In this document: piece by piece, positions 50,073 through 59,824 of the stretch
How the letters are laid out: each line of letters begins with the position of its first letter
How positions within the stretch are numbered: position 1 is the first letter of the stretch
Assembly (NCBI GenBank): GCA_963664815.2
Contig: CAXXHB010000003.1
Span: 1,728,001-1,792,000, forward strand
From: Spirochaetota bacterium
GTDB taxonomy: Bacteria > Spirochaetota > UBA4802 > UBA5550
Direction of reading: 5' to 3'
Length of the DNA: 64,000 nt
The notes under the pieces: generated by a model
Databases searched by the model: none
Told to the model about the DNA's origin: nothing
Seen by the model: only the letters and a program-made list of their open reading frames with translations
Position numbers and translations under genes: made by a program

Positions 50073-51512
50073 TTACTGGTTTAATTTTTTAAGCAGCAGT
50101 TCATTTACAACCTGTGGATTTGCCTTTCCTTTTGATTCTCGCATAATCTGTCCGACAAGGAAACCCAGAGCTTTCTCTTTACCATTTTTATAATCGGTAA
50201 CCGACTGGGAATTGTTTTTCAATACAACATCTATTATTCCTTCAATTTCAGATGAATCACTTACCTGTACAAGACCTTTTTCATCAATTATTTTTTGCGG
50301 TGCTTCTCCGGTTTCAACCATATGTTTAAAAACAGTTTTAGCGATTTTACCGCTGATTGTATTATTATCAATTAATTTAAGAAGAGCGGCAATATCTGAA
50401 GGTTTTACAGTGAAACTGAAAATCATTTCAGGATCTTCAATCTGTGCCAGAAGTTCACTTGAAATCCAGTTTGATGCTTTTTTAGGATTAGCTCCCATGG
50501 AAACCGTTTCCTCATAATAGTCTGCAAGCTGTTTAACAGATGTAAGTATATCGGCGTCGTAATCGGACAGACTGTATTCGCGGGTGAATCGCGCTTTTTT
50601 CTCATCAGGCAGTTCCGGGAGTTGTCTCCTGAGGTTTTCAACAAAGTCTTTTGTAATAATTATCGGAGGGAGGTCGGGATCGGGAAAATACCTGTAATCG
50701 TGAGCATCCTCTTTTGATCTCATACTGTATGTTTCCTGGCGTTCTGCGTCCCACAGGCGTGTTTCCTGGATAATAAGGCTTTTTTCTCCGGATTCAATCA
50801 GTGATTTCTGTCGCTCGTATTCATAACTTATTGCTGATTTAACGGCTTTAAACGAATTGAGGTTTTTCACTTCAACCTTTTCGCCGAATTGTGGTTCGCC
50901 AACTTCGCGAACGGAAATGTTAACATCACATCTGAGGCTTCCTTCCTCCATGTTCGCGTCTGATACATTTATATATTTAATTATTGATTTTATTTTTGTC
51001 AGATAATTATAGGCTTCATCACCGGATCTCATATCCGGTTCGGATACAATTTCTGCAAGTGGTACTCCTGTACGGTTCAGATCAACAAATGATACACTGT
51101 TGGCAAAATCATCTGAATGTATAAGCTTTCCGGCATCCTCTTCAAGGTGGAGCCTTGTTATTCCGATTTTTTTTGTTACACCATCTGATAAAATATTTAT
51201 GTATCCGTTTTTACAGACAGGTTTGTCGTATTGAGAAATCTGGTATGCCTTTGGAAGATCAGGGTAAAAATAATTCTTTCTGTCAAATTTACTGTAATCT
51301 GATATGTCACAATTAAGTGCAAGACCGGCTAATACTCCCTTTTTCAGGACATTCTCGTTAAGTACAGGGAGTACTCCGGGCATTCCTGTGCAGACAGGAC
51401 AGGTCTGGCTGTTCGGTTCGGCGCCGAATTTTGTGGAGCATCCGCAGAAAATTTTTGATTCAGTATTAAGCTGGACATGCACTTCAAGCCCAATTACAGA
51501 TTCATATTGCAT
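50073..51512 (-). CDS. gatB: Asp/Glu-tRNA amidotransferase subunit B
   Basis: VIGLEVHVQL, FDRKNYFYPDLPK, HLEEDAGK, LRCDVNIS, YRYFPDPDL, GKANP. Confidence 0.96.
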   Translation of the reverse strand: MQYESVIGLEVHVQLNTESKIFCGCSTKFGAEPNSQTCPVCTGMPGVLPVLNENVLKKGVLAGLALNCDISDYSKFDRKNYFYPDLPKAYQISQYDKPVCKNGYINILSDGVTKKIGITRLHLEEDAGKLIHSDDFANSVSFVDLNRTGVPLAEIVSEPDMRSGDEAYNYLTKIKSIIKYINVSDANMEEGSLRCDVNISVREVGEPQFGEKVEVKNLNSFKAVKSAISYEYERQKSLIESGEKSLIIQETRLWDAERQETYSMRSKEDAHDYRYFPDPDLPPIIITKDFVENLRRQLPELPDEKKARFTREYSLSDYDADILTSVKQLADYYEETVSMGANPKKASNWISSELLAQIEDPEMIFSFTVKPSDIAALLKLIDNNTISGKIAKTVFKHMVETGEAPQKIIDEKGLVQVSDSSEIEGIIDVVLKNNSQSVTDYKNGKEKALGFLVGQIMRESKGKANPQVVNELLLKKLNQ

Positions 51513-51821
51513 ATATCCCCCGGTTGTTTTAAAATACAATTAAGTTTAAAAAAATATTTAATAGAGCCCGACGATCTGTCGGAAATATAAGTCAATTTTG
51601 TTGACATTACAGTTAAAAAATTACTATTGATTATTATATCTGATTTTATAATGGATCAGTTTGTATTATTTTTTGTCAAGTAAACCAGTATTTATTAGTA
51701 AAACTATTTTTTGAAAATTTACAGGGTAACATTTATTATGCATTTTTGTATATTTACATAAGCAGTTTTACGGTAAGGTTCAGCATATGTTATTGACCTG
51801 AAGGATTGTAAAATATTATTA

Positions 51822-52265
51822 ATGATTAATATGAATATGGCCGGGAAAATGAAATTTATAAAAGATTTTTATATATTGATTATATTTATAACAATTACAG
51901 GTGTGGTGGCTGGTAAACTGACCGGAGATTATATTCTCGCCTCGGCGTTAAGGGGTAATATCACATTTCTGACATTTATTTTCTCCCCATCACAAAGTTT
52001 TATTGAAACTCATTCGCTAATAAATGAAAGCGATGACTATAAAAGGCTTGCAGGTTACTATGCTTATAAAGAATCAGGTCTGATTGATCCTGAATTTTTA
52101 CTGGAGAGATATAAAAATGAAGATTCAGATATTATTAAAAATGTTATTATCTGGATTGTTGAAGAAAATTCCGGTAAAGAAAAACTAGTGGACTTTTATA
52201 AGAAAATCTATAATTTAAGTCCGGAAAGTATCAAAAAAAAATTAATTTCAAAAATCGAAAAATAA
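51822..52265 (+). CDS. Membrane-anchored hypothetical protein
   Basis: N-terminal hydrophobic helix, helical remainder; co-oriented with proA operon. Confidence 0.6.
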   Translation: MINMNMAGKMKFIKDFYILIIFITITGVVAGKLTGDYILASALRGNITFLTFIFSPSQSFIETHSLINESDDYKRLAGYYAYKESGLIDPEFLLERYKNEDSDIIKNVIIWIVEENSGKEKLVDFYKKIYNLSPESIKKKLISKIEK

Positions 52266-52286
52266 ACTCTTCTGAAGGTGTTTTAT

Positions 52287-52649
52287 ATGAAAAAATTAAA
52301 ATTATTTGCGGTTGTATCTCTGATGCTGGCTATAGCTTCATGTTCTGTTGATCCCGGGATGAAAGTAAAATCGATGCCTGTAATTATAAGTGAAGGTTTT
52401 ACCAGCGAAACTGAATACGAAGTAGTGTGTATCGGCTATCCGAAGGATGGACTTACAGGTCTTCAGAAAGAATTAACCGCGAAAGAAGCGGCGGTTATTA
52501 ATGCTCAGTATTATTTAAAAAACAAATTTGATGATACAATACGTCCTGAAATGGATGGGGATGTTGCAGATTTTAAAATGGTTGATGATCATGCGCAGAT
52601 AAAATATGTATTAAAGAAAAGTGATCTGAAAAAGAGATTAAAAAAATAA
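52287..52649 (+). CDS. Hypothetical lipoprotein
   Basis: MKKLKLFAVVSLMLAIASC lipobox. Confidence 0.7.
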   Translation: MKKLKLFAVVSLMLAIASCSVDPGMKVKSMPVIISEGFTSETEYEVVCIGYPKDGLTGLQKELTAKEAAVINAQYYLKNKFDDTIRPEMDGDVADFKMVDDHAQIKYVLKKSDLKKRLKK

Positions 52650-52683
52650 TATTTAAATAAACAGGGATTTAATGTTATAAGCT

Positions 52684-53940
52684 ATGGAACAGGAAAACAA
52701 TTCTTACATCGAAGAGATATGCAGGGGGGCTCAAACTGCCTCTAAAACCATTTCCACTATGTCAACACTTGACAAAAACCGGATTCTGAGGAAGATAGCA
52801 GAGAAGCTGCGTGAGAAAAAAGAACAGATAATACAGGAAAACGACAGGGACCTGAGTGATGCAAAAAAGAGTTCTCTCTCCAGCGCTTTTTATGACAGGC
52901 TGCTCCTTGATGATAAAAGGATTGAAGCTATGGCTGTGTCTGTTGAGGAAATTGCCATGCTTGAAGATCCAATCGGTAAAATAAGCAATATGAAAAGCCG
53001 CCCGTCAGGAATCAGGGTGGGACAGATGAGAGTTCCTCTTGGTGTTGTTGCTGTTATATATGAATCGAGACCGAATGTGACAATAGATATAGCTGCCCTC
53101 TGTATAAAATCTGGGAATTCCGTGATTTTGAGGGGTGGGGAGGAGTCTGTCTATTCCAATATCTGTCTGAGTAATATTGTAAGAAGCGCTATTGCTGAAT
53201 TTAATCACGACCCGAATATCGTTATATTCATGAATAAATTAAACAGGTCTCTTGTGCCCATGCTTTTGAAGAGGGATGATGCAATTGATATAGTCATTCC
53301 ACGCGGTGGAGAAGGTTTAATTAAGATGGTGGTGGAGGAATCGAAAGTCCCGGTAATAAGACATGAGAAAGGCGTATGCCACCTTTTTATTGATGAAACT
53401 GCGGAAAAGGATATGGCGGAACGTATTGCAATAAACGGCAAGGTTCAGAGGCCGGGAGTTTGTAATGCCATTGAAACACTGCTGATTCATGAAAACTATC
53501 CATATAAGGAGAGCCTGATCAATGTCCTTCTGAACAGCAATGTTGAAATCAGGGGTTGTGAAAAGCTCATGGAAATACATCCCAGGGATATAGTCATGGC
53601 AACTGAAGATGACTGGTCGAAGGAATATCTTGATCTGATAATTTCAGTAAAAATTGTAGAATCTTTTGAAGAGGCTGTTAAGCATATCTCTGTTTACAGT
53701 TCGGGACATACTGAGGCTATTATTACATCCGATTATTTTAAAGCGGAAAGGTTTATGAAGGAAGTGGATTCATCGGCAGTTTTTCTCAATGCATCAACCA
53801 GGTTTCATGACGGGGGGGAGTTCGGCCTCGGTGCAGAAGTCGGCATATCCACGCAAAAGCTTCACGCAAGGGGTGTAATGGGAATTGAAGGTTTAACAAC
53901 TCTGAAATATGTAGTTTATGGTAATGGTGAAATCAGATAG
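52684..53940 (+). CDS. proA: Gamma-glutamyl phosphate reductase
   Basis: VPLGVVAVIYESRPNVT, PRGGEGLI, CNAIETLL, NASTRFHDGGEFGLGAEVGISTQKLHARG. Confidence 0.96.
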   Translation: MEQENNSYIEEICRGAQTASKTISTMSTLDKNRILRKIAEKLREKKEQIIQENDRDLSDAKKSSLSSAFYDRLLLDDKRIEAMAVSVEEIAMLEDPIGKISNMKSRPSGIRVGQMRVPLGVVAVIYESRPNVTIDIAALCIKSGNSVILRGGEESVYSNICLSNIVRSAIAEFNHDPNIVIFMNKLNRSLVPMLLKRDDAIDIVIPRGGEGLIKMVVEESKVPVIRHEKGVCHLFIDETAEKDMAERIAINGKVQRPGVCNAIETLLIHENYPYKESLINVLLNSNVEIRGCEKLMEIHPRDIVMATEDDWSKEYLDLIISVKIVESFEEAVKHISVYSSGHTEAIITSDYFKAERFMKEVDSSAVFLNASTRFHDGGEFGLGAEVGISTQKLHARGVMGIEGLTTLKYVVYGNGEIR

Positions 53941-54535
53941 AATAAAAAAAATTGGAATATTCGGGGGGACATTTAATCCAATACATCACGGGCATTTAAT
54001 AAATATTGAATTAGTAAAAGAAAACTTTCAGCTTGATCTGATACTTTTAATCCCGGCGAAAATACCGGTTCACAAGAAGATTGAGGACAGCATCTCTCCA
54101 TATGACCGATATAAGATGGTTGAGCTTGCTGTTGCCGGGGTTGACACCCTGGAAATATCTGATTTAGAGCTTAAGAGAGATTCCGCTTCATATACAATAA
54201 CCACGCTTGAAGAATTAAAATCAATTTATCCGGACTCGGAACTTTTTTTAATAATCGGATCGGATTCATTTAATGAACTTGACACATGGAAGGAATACAA
54301 AAAAATACTTAAAAATTATGCGTTAATTGTTTTGCAGAGACCGGGGGATATCCTTTTGCGGAAGGATATACAGTCGCTGGCGACTAAAGTGGAATTTTAT
54401 AATGAATCTATGATAGATATAAGCTCAACTATGATAAGAGAACGGGTAAGAAAAGGATTATCGATAAGATATTTAACCACAGACAGCGTCATAAACTTTA
54501 TCAGGGATAAGGGGTTGTACAAAATTGAACAATAA
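53918..54535 (+). CDS. nadD: Nicotinate-nucleotide adenylyltransferase
   Basis: GGTFNPIHHGH, SYTITTL, IIGSDS, ISSTMIR. Confidence 0.94.
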   Translation: MVMVKSDRIKKIGIFGGTFNPIHHGHLINIELVKENFQLDLILLIPAKIPVHKKIEDSISPYDRYKMVELAVAGVDTLEISDLELKRDSASYTITTLEELKSIYPDSELFLIIGSDSFNELDTWKEYKKILKNYALIVLQRPGDILLRKDIQSLATKVEFYNESMIDISSTMIRERVRKGLSIRYLTTDSVINFIRDKGLYKIEQ

Positions 54536-55655
54536 ATATTCAAAACTTATTATAACTGCAGTGCTAATAATAATTATTTTCCTGGGAATAAATTTTTATA
54601 AAAAGAGAAACAGGAATGTAATAGATGAAATTATAAGTATGAAGGATATGATTAATATACTGATTGCAGGGAGAAATGTTTATAATGACAATACATTTAA
54701 CTTTTTTGCCCTCATAACGATCAATCCGGTCAACAATAATATAGGTATCACATTTATACCCCCTGACTACCGTATAATGATGAATGATGATGGAACAAAA
54801 GTTAAAAAAATTTCAGAGCTGGATCTTTATTATTTCGACAGGATAAAATACACCCTGAAAAAGGACATTCAGATGAATGTACCCTTTTATGTAAAACTTT
54901 ATTCAACGGATGTAGTCAGGATAGTCGATATGATCGAGGGGATTGATCTGTTTTTTCTGGATAAAGCTGGAAATTCCCAGAAAAATAAGTTCGGATTGCA
55001 GTACCTGGATGGAGAGAAATGTGTTCAGTATATAAACAGTTCAGAGCAGAATTCCATATATATGAAGTATGACAGGATTCTCGATCTGATGCTTACACTC
55101 TATAATGATAGAGATGTAAGAAAAAAACTGTTCACTTATGAATTTATAGATGAAGTTTTCAGAAATATAAAAACAAATCTGATGCCACGGGAATTGTATT
55201 CAATCTCTGAAATAGTATCGAACAAAGGGAATGTAGATTCAACTTTGCTCCCCGGCGGATTTAATAATGGTTATTATGTTGTTGACGAGGTAAGCTATAC
55301 GACATACCAGCAGGAGTTTTTAAAAAGTCTTGTTGTTTCGACGGAATCTGAACCTAATGTGAAGATAAAGATACTCAACGGCACCAGTGTTCCGGGACTG
55401 GCCAGAAAACTCAGGAATGACCTCATCAGAGACGGCATGAATGTTGTGGAATTCGGAACTTCAAATTACCCGATAATATATGATTCAATAATAATCTGCA
55501 GAAAATCTGACACTAAATCTGTCAATAAAATTGCAGAAATGACCGGGATAGGAAAAATATATTTTGTAACTGACACAACACAGTTAAACAACATATTAAT
55601 AATTGTTGGTGAAGATATGGCAGGTGAAAAAATTGTCAAAAGTAAAACAAAATGA
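54525..55655 (+). CDS. LCP / LytR C-terminal domain protein
   Basis: N-terminal TM, degenerate LCP domain, IKILNGTSVPGLARK...IIVGED (LytR_C); typical position before rsfS. Confidence 0.8.
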   Translation: MNNKYSKLIITAVLIIIIFLGINFYKKRNRNVIDEIISMKDMINILIAGRNVYNDNTFNFFALITINPVNNNIGITFIPPDYRIMMNDDGTKVKKISELDLYYFDRIKYTLKKDIQMNVPFYVKLYSTDVVRIVDMIEGIDLFFLDKAGNSQKNKFGLQYLDGEKCVQYINSSEQNSIYMKYDRILDLMLTLYNDRDVRKKLFTYEFIDEVFRNIKTNLMPRELYSISEIVSNKGNVDSTLLPGGFNNGYYVVDEVSYTTYQQEFLKSLVVSTESEPNVKIKILNGTSVPGLARKLRNDLIRDGMNVVEFGTSNYPIIYDSIIICRKSDTKSVNKIAEMTGIGKIYFVTDTTQLNNILIIVGEDMAGEKIVKSKTK

Positions 55656-55992
55656 TGAAATTATAAAAATCGGCAAGGATTCGCTTGTACATCTTGATGA
55701 AAAAAAAGCATTGAATCCGGTATTCCTGGACCTGAGGAAGGTAAACAGCTACCTTGATTTTTTCCTTATCGCTACCGGTAATTCCCAGATACACTGTCGT
55801 GCTCTTGCCCGTGATATAGTCAGGTTTTTGAATGAAAAAGGCTTAAAAGAAAATGGTAAACATGAACTGAATTCGGAATGGATAATACTCGATTTTGGAA
55901 GTCTTATAGTACATATCTTTACCGAAGAGTTAAGGGCTTATTATCAGCTTGAAAAGCTGTGGGCTGATTCCGATAAAATAACTATTAATTAA
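55633..55992 (+). CDS. rsfS: Ribosome silencing factor
   Basis: LDEKKA, DFFLIATGNS, WIILDFGSLIVHIF, RAYYQLEKLW. Confidence 0.94.
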   Translation: MSKVKQNDEIIKIGKDSLVHLDEKKALNPVFLDLRKVNSYLDFFLIATGNSQIHCRALARDIVRFLNEKGLKENGKHELNSEWIILDFGSLIVHIFTEELRAYYQLEKLWADSDKITIN

Positions 55993-56003
55993 AGGTGTAT
56001 ATT

Positions 56004-56396
56004 ATGAGTGATGCAGGAACACAGAAAGATATAACCGAGGTTTTAAAAGCGGCAGCAACTGACAATAAAATAGCCTGTTCAAGGGTTTTTGATCTTGTCA
56101 GGGAGAACTCATTTTTCCCGGATATTGCAGGTATAGCAATGGATGAGAATAAAATTAAGATTACGGTCTGTCAGCTCGGATTATTCGGATATCCGGAGGG
56201 GAAAAAAATTCCTGTCTGTGATAAGGTTTCAGAGAAGCTTGAAGATATTATATATGATAATCTTGATTCCGGTAAACTCCCATGTGCTGCAGCATGGAGT
56301 ATTGCTGAAAAAATGAAAATGAAGAAACCGGATGTTGCAGCAGCATGTGAGAAATTTGGTATTAAGATTAATAAATGCCAGCTGGGAGCTTTCTGA
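56004..56396 (+). CDS. Small Cys-containing hypothetical protein with internal duplication
   Basis: KIAC...KIKITVCQLGLF and KLPC...GIKINKCQLGAF halves. Confidence 0.75.
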   Translation: MSDAGTQKDITEVLKAAATDNKIACSRVFDLVRENSFFPDIAGIAMDENKIKITVCQLGLFGYPEGKKIPVCDKVSEKLEDIIYDNLDSGKLPCAAAWSIAEKMKMKKPDVAAACEKFGIKINKCQLGAF

Positions 56397-56634
56397 AAAT
56401 TCCCATTTTTTGTTTTTTTATCTGATTTTTTTTTGAAATAAGAGATCTTTTAAGTGATTATTCCCCCCTGCTGTATATATTATATTCAGTATCTGTTCCT
56501 TTACCATCTTAAATATAAAATGTTCCTTTCAGCCAGCCGCCTGTGGCGTTGTGGTGAAAAGTATATGTTTTATAAGTTAAAATTCATGTTAAGGAATAAT
56601 TGCTGATAATAAAAAACAAATCAGGGGGGGCACG

Positions 56635-56883
56635 ATGAAAAAGATATCAACCTTTTTCTCTGTTTTTATAGCTGTATTTTTACTGGGAATCTCTGTTGAA
56701 ATCAGTTTCCTGTCGGCAGCTGAGGATGTATATCAGCAGAAATGTGCAAAATGTCATTCATTGCGTAATCCTGATAACTACACAAAAGATGAATGGAAAT
56801 ACAATGTTGAAAGAATGTCCGGGAGGGCGGGACTTACCGCGCAGGAAACTCAAAGTATAACAGATCTTAATAAAAAGAAATAA
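56635..56883 (+). CDS. Small exported monoheme cytochrome c
   Basis: Signal peptide, CAKCH, W...V.RM distal Met; AGGGGG RBS. Confidence 0.8.
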   Translation: MKKISTFFSVFIAVFLLGISVEISFLSAAEDVYQQKCAKCHSLRNPDNYTKDEWKYNVERMSGRAGLTAQETQSITDLNKKK

Positions 56884-58242
56884 TCAGTCTGAAGTAAACC
56901 TGCTCACAGTGAATATGACCATTACTACTGCCGGGAATATATATACCAGCAGGTGGTCGTACATCAGGACTTTAAACGCAATCGCCGCAGTTCCGCCGGT
57001 GATAATACCGGCCATTGCACCCCGGTGATTTAATCCGAGCCTTTCCCTGTAAAATCCGAAAATAACCGGCAAAACGATACCGGCAGTGTAGACAGTCAGC
57101 GCAAGGAGAAGCGATTTTATAATACCGTTAATATACAGAGCTATCAACAGGGAGCAGATACCGTAAAAAATTATAATTTTTTTTGTCATAAATAATTTAT
57201 GCATATCATCGAGACTGTTTTTGAATATAACAGGATTGAGAATATCATTGGTCAGTATTATCCCTGAGGTAAGCAGGCAGGTCGCAGCTGTTGAAAGGAA
57301 TGCTGCCAGTAGAGCTGTGAATACAACTCCCTGGAATGCCGCAGGAGTTGCATTTATTATAAGATACTGGAATGAAGTTTCAGGTTCAATCCCTGGAGCT
57401 ATCATTCTTGAATACAGGCCGATTGTAACAATCATTACTGCAAGTAATGCGATTGCCGATGCTGCAATAAAAACAGATTTCTGAGCCGATCTTTTATCTC
57501 TGGCTGAGAGTATTCTTGAATACATGTCCGGTCCGGCAAGAAATGAGGTTCCTACAAACATAAAGAACATCAGTATTTCAATATAACCAAGTTTCTGATT
57601 AAATGGGAAATCGAGATGTCCTGCCGGCAGGAGTGCAGCCGACAGGGGGCCGTATTTTATAAAAGCGGAAGACACGGCGACAATTATCCCGGTGAAAATA
57701 AGCAGAGACTGAAAAATGTCTGTACTTATTACAGAATTCTGCCCGCCAAGAACAGTATAAATGATAAAGATTACCGCACAGAAAATTATATAAAAATGAT
57801 AATGGCCGGGCCAGATTATATTCATAATCTTTCCTGCTGCAATAATCTGTGCAGCTATAACACCTGTCCAGGCGGAAACAATTACCAGGGAAGAGATAAT
57901 TTTTACCGATGAATTTCCATATTGCTTTTCAAGTACCTCAGGGAGTGTGTAAACTTCATAATCCCTTACCTTCCCTGCCCAGAAAATTCCAAATACAATT
58001 AATGCTATGGAGCCGCTGAAGAGCCACCAGACCGCAGGGGCGCCCTTCGCATATGCGATTCCTGACAATCCTATGGTGGCTGATCCGCCTATTGCAGTTG
58101 CTACAATTGAGCCTGAAACGGCAAATGCAGACCTGGAACGGCCGCTTACATAGTAGTTCAGAATATCCGGGATTTTCCCTCTTTTCATTATTCCGATGGT
58201 AAAGGTTACCAGAAGAAATCCGATTGTAATGCCAAGGTTCAA
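56884..58242 (-). CDS. Sodium:solute symporter (SSS) family transporter
   Basis: YYVSGR, ATAIGGSATIG, TLPEVLEKQYG, YTVLGG..SVISTD, AAFLSTA; TTG 58242 after AGGAG, right after birA stop. Confidence 0.9.
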   Translation of the reverse strand: MNLGITIGFLLVTFTIGIMKRGKIPDILNYYVSGRSRSAFAVSGSIVATAIGGSATIGLSGIAYAKGAPAVWWLFSGSIALIVFGIFWAGKVRDYEVYTLPEVLEKQYGNSSVKIISSLVIVSAWTGVIAAQIIAAGKIMNIIWPGHYHFYIIFCAVIFIIYTVLGGQNSVISTDIFQSLLIFTGIIVAVSSAFIKYGPLSAALLPAGHLDFPFNQKLGYIEILMFFMFVGTSFLAGPDMYSRILSARDKRSAQKSVFIAASAIALLAVMIVTIGLYSRMIAPGIEPETSFQYLIINATPAAFQGVVFTALLAAFLSTAATCLLTSGIILTNDILNPVIFKNSLDDMHKLFMTKKIIIFYGICSLLIALYINGIIKSLLLALTVYTAGIVLPVIFGFYRERLGLNHRGAMAGIITGGTAAIAFKVLMYDHLLVYIFPAVVMVIFTVSRFTSD

Positions 58243-58252
58243 GAGCAGACTC

Positions 58253-59227
58253 CTATAAATAATTAATATCACCTGAATTGACCTGGCGGATACCATTCTC
58301 AGTTTTTACAACAAGGTTTCCGTCAGGAGTAACACCGGTTACTAACCCGGTGAAAACATCATCAAAATTAATAACGTTTATTTTACGGTTGATGATGGAT
58401 GATTTCTCTATCCATTTATCAAGGATCTCCGGGAAATGGCCGTCTAAAAAAAGCCGATAGTTTTTTTCAAAATTAAAAAGAAGCATGTTCAAAAACATTA
58501 TCCTGTCTGTTTCACTCCCGGTTATCTCTTTAAATGAAGTAACCGATTCTCTGATTTCTGAAGGGTAGTCTTCAGGCGAAATATTGAGGTTTATACCCAA
58601 TCCGATAATTATGAAATCTATGGAATCACAATCGGCTTTCATCTCTGTTAAAATGCCTGAAAGCTTTTTACCTCCGGAGAGTATATCATTGGGCCATTTA
58701 ATCATGTGACCTGATGCTCCGAGAGAATCAAGAGTCTCTGAAAGAGCCACGGCGGTTACCAGTGTAAGCCTTGGGGCATTGATGGTTGGTATCTGCGGGC
58801 GCAGGATTAATGATAAATACAGGTTTTTACCCGGTGGGGATACCCATTTACGGCCAAGTCTTCCCTTGCCGCCGGTCTGGCTCTCTGCGATAACAATTGT
58901 ACCTTCAGGCGCGCCGTTGGATGCCATTTTAAACGCCTGTATGTTTGAAGAATCTGTCTCTTCAAATATATGGATGTCTCTGCATCCGAAGATCTCTGTG
59001 TTCAGTTTTCTTCTGATTTCAAATTCGCTGAATGTATTTTTTCGCGAAACAAGCCTGTGGCCGTGTCTGCTTGATGATTCAATTTCGTAACCCGATTCCC
59101 TGAGAAGATTTATGTACTTCCATACTGCAGTTCTGCTTATTCCAAGAATGCGGCTTATTTCTTCGCCGGAAAGCCAGTCTGAGGGGTTTTTATAAAGGAG
59201 TTCCAGTATATGATTTTTTCTTTCCAT
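58253..59227 (-). CDS. birA: Bifunctional biotin ligase/repressor
   Basis: N-terminal HTH (SGEEISRILGISRTAVWKYI), DSSN, QTGGKGRLGRKW, IKWPND, KLSGILTE, GLGINLN, SGD. Confidence 0.95.
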   Translation of the reverse strand: MERKNHILELLYKNPSDWLSGEEISRILGISRTAVWKYINLLRESGYEIESSSRHGHRLVSRKNTFSEFEIRRKLNTEIFGCRDIHIFEETDSSNIQAFKMASNGAPEGTIVIAESQTGGKGRLGRKWVSPPGKNLYLSLILRPQIPTINAPRLTLVTAVALSETLDSLGASGHMIKWPNDILSGGKKLSGILTEMKADCDSIDFIIIGLGINLNISPEDYPSEIRESVTSFKEITGSETDRIMFLNMLLFNFEKNYRLFLDGHFPEILDKWIEKSSIINRKINVINFDDVFTGLVTGVTPDGNLVVKTENGIRQVNSGDINYL

Positions 59228-59255
59228 TCCTGTTACCGGAAATAAAGAATGGAAT

Positions 59256-59289
59256 ATTGTCAACCTATTAATTTATATGGGTTGACAAT
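59256..59289. promoter_or_regulatory. BirA operator
   Basis: ATTGTCAACC-N14-GGTTGACAAT (TGTCAAC-N16-GTTGACA), matches the BirA consensus wwTGTtAAC-N14/16-GTTaACAww; 29 bp upstream of birA ATG. Confidence 0.85.
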
Positions 59290-59293
59290 GAGA

Positions 59294-59458
59294 CTATCTT
59301 ATTTTTTCATCTGTTTTTATTTCAATATCTTTGAAGTCGAACTGCAGCTGTTTCCTGTTTTTAAACTCCTCCTGTTTCCCTTTATTCCATTGTGAAACAG
59401 GTCTGAAATATCCGGATACTCTTGAATAGACTTCCATGGGTATTATGGTTTTTTTCAT
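59294..59458 (-). CDS. nrdD: Stand-alone class III ribonucleotide reductase glycyl-radical peptide (54 aa)
   Basis: GGAGG RBS; EVYSRVSGYFRPVSQWNKGKQEEFKNR is the NrdD C-terminal glycyl radical motif; no catalytic barrel. Confidence 0.85.
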   Translation of the reverse strand: MKKTIIPMEVYSRVSGYFRPVSQWNKGKQEEFKNRKQLQFDFKDIEIKTDEKIR

Positions 59459-59824
59459 GGGATTACCTCCGTGTATAAACAATATAAATTTATGTAAAAA
59501 ATATGTCAACATAAATGTAGTATACATGTGTTTATGCTTATAAAAATTATTTATTTCTATGTTAATTCCTTACATTGTTTTAGTATAAACAAACGATTAA
59601 ATCTCACTGCCGCTTTCGCAGCGATGAAAACAGAGCATTTTCTATAATAAAAAATTTAAGAATCGCCATTATATCTGCTTTCATCCCGATTATGCAAGTG
59701 ATATATTTTTTAGATGTACAAAATTAACAAAATGTTAATACTATGGTCAAAATCAGTAAAAAAAAGAAGATAATGTTTAACAATTAATTCAGAAAATAAA
59801 TATAACAGGAAAGATTGAATATTA

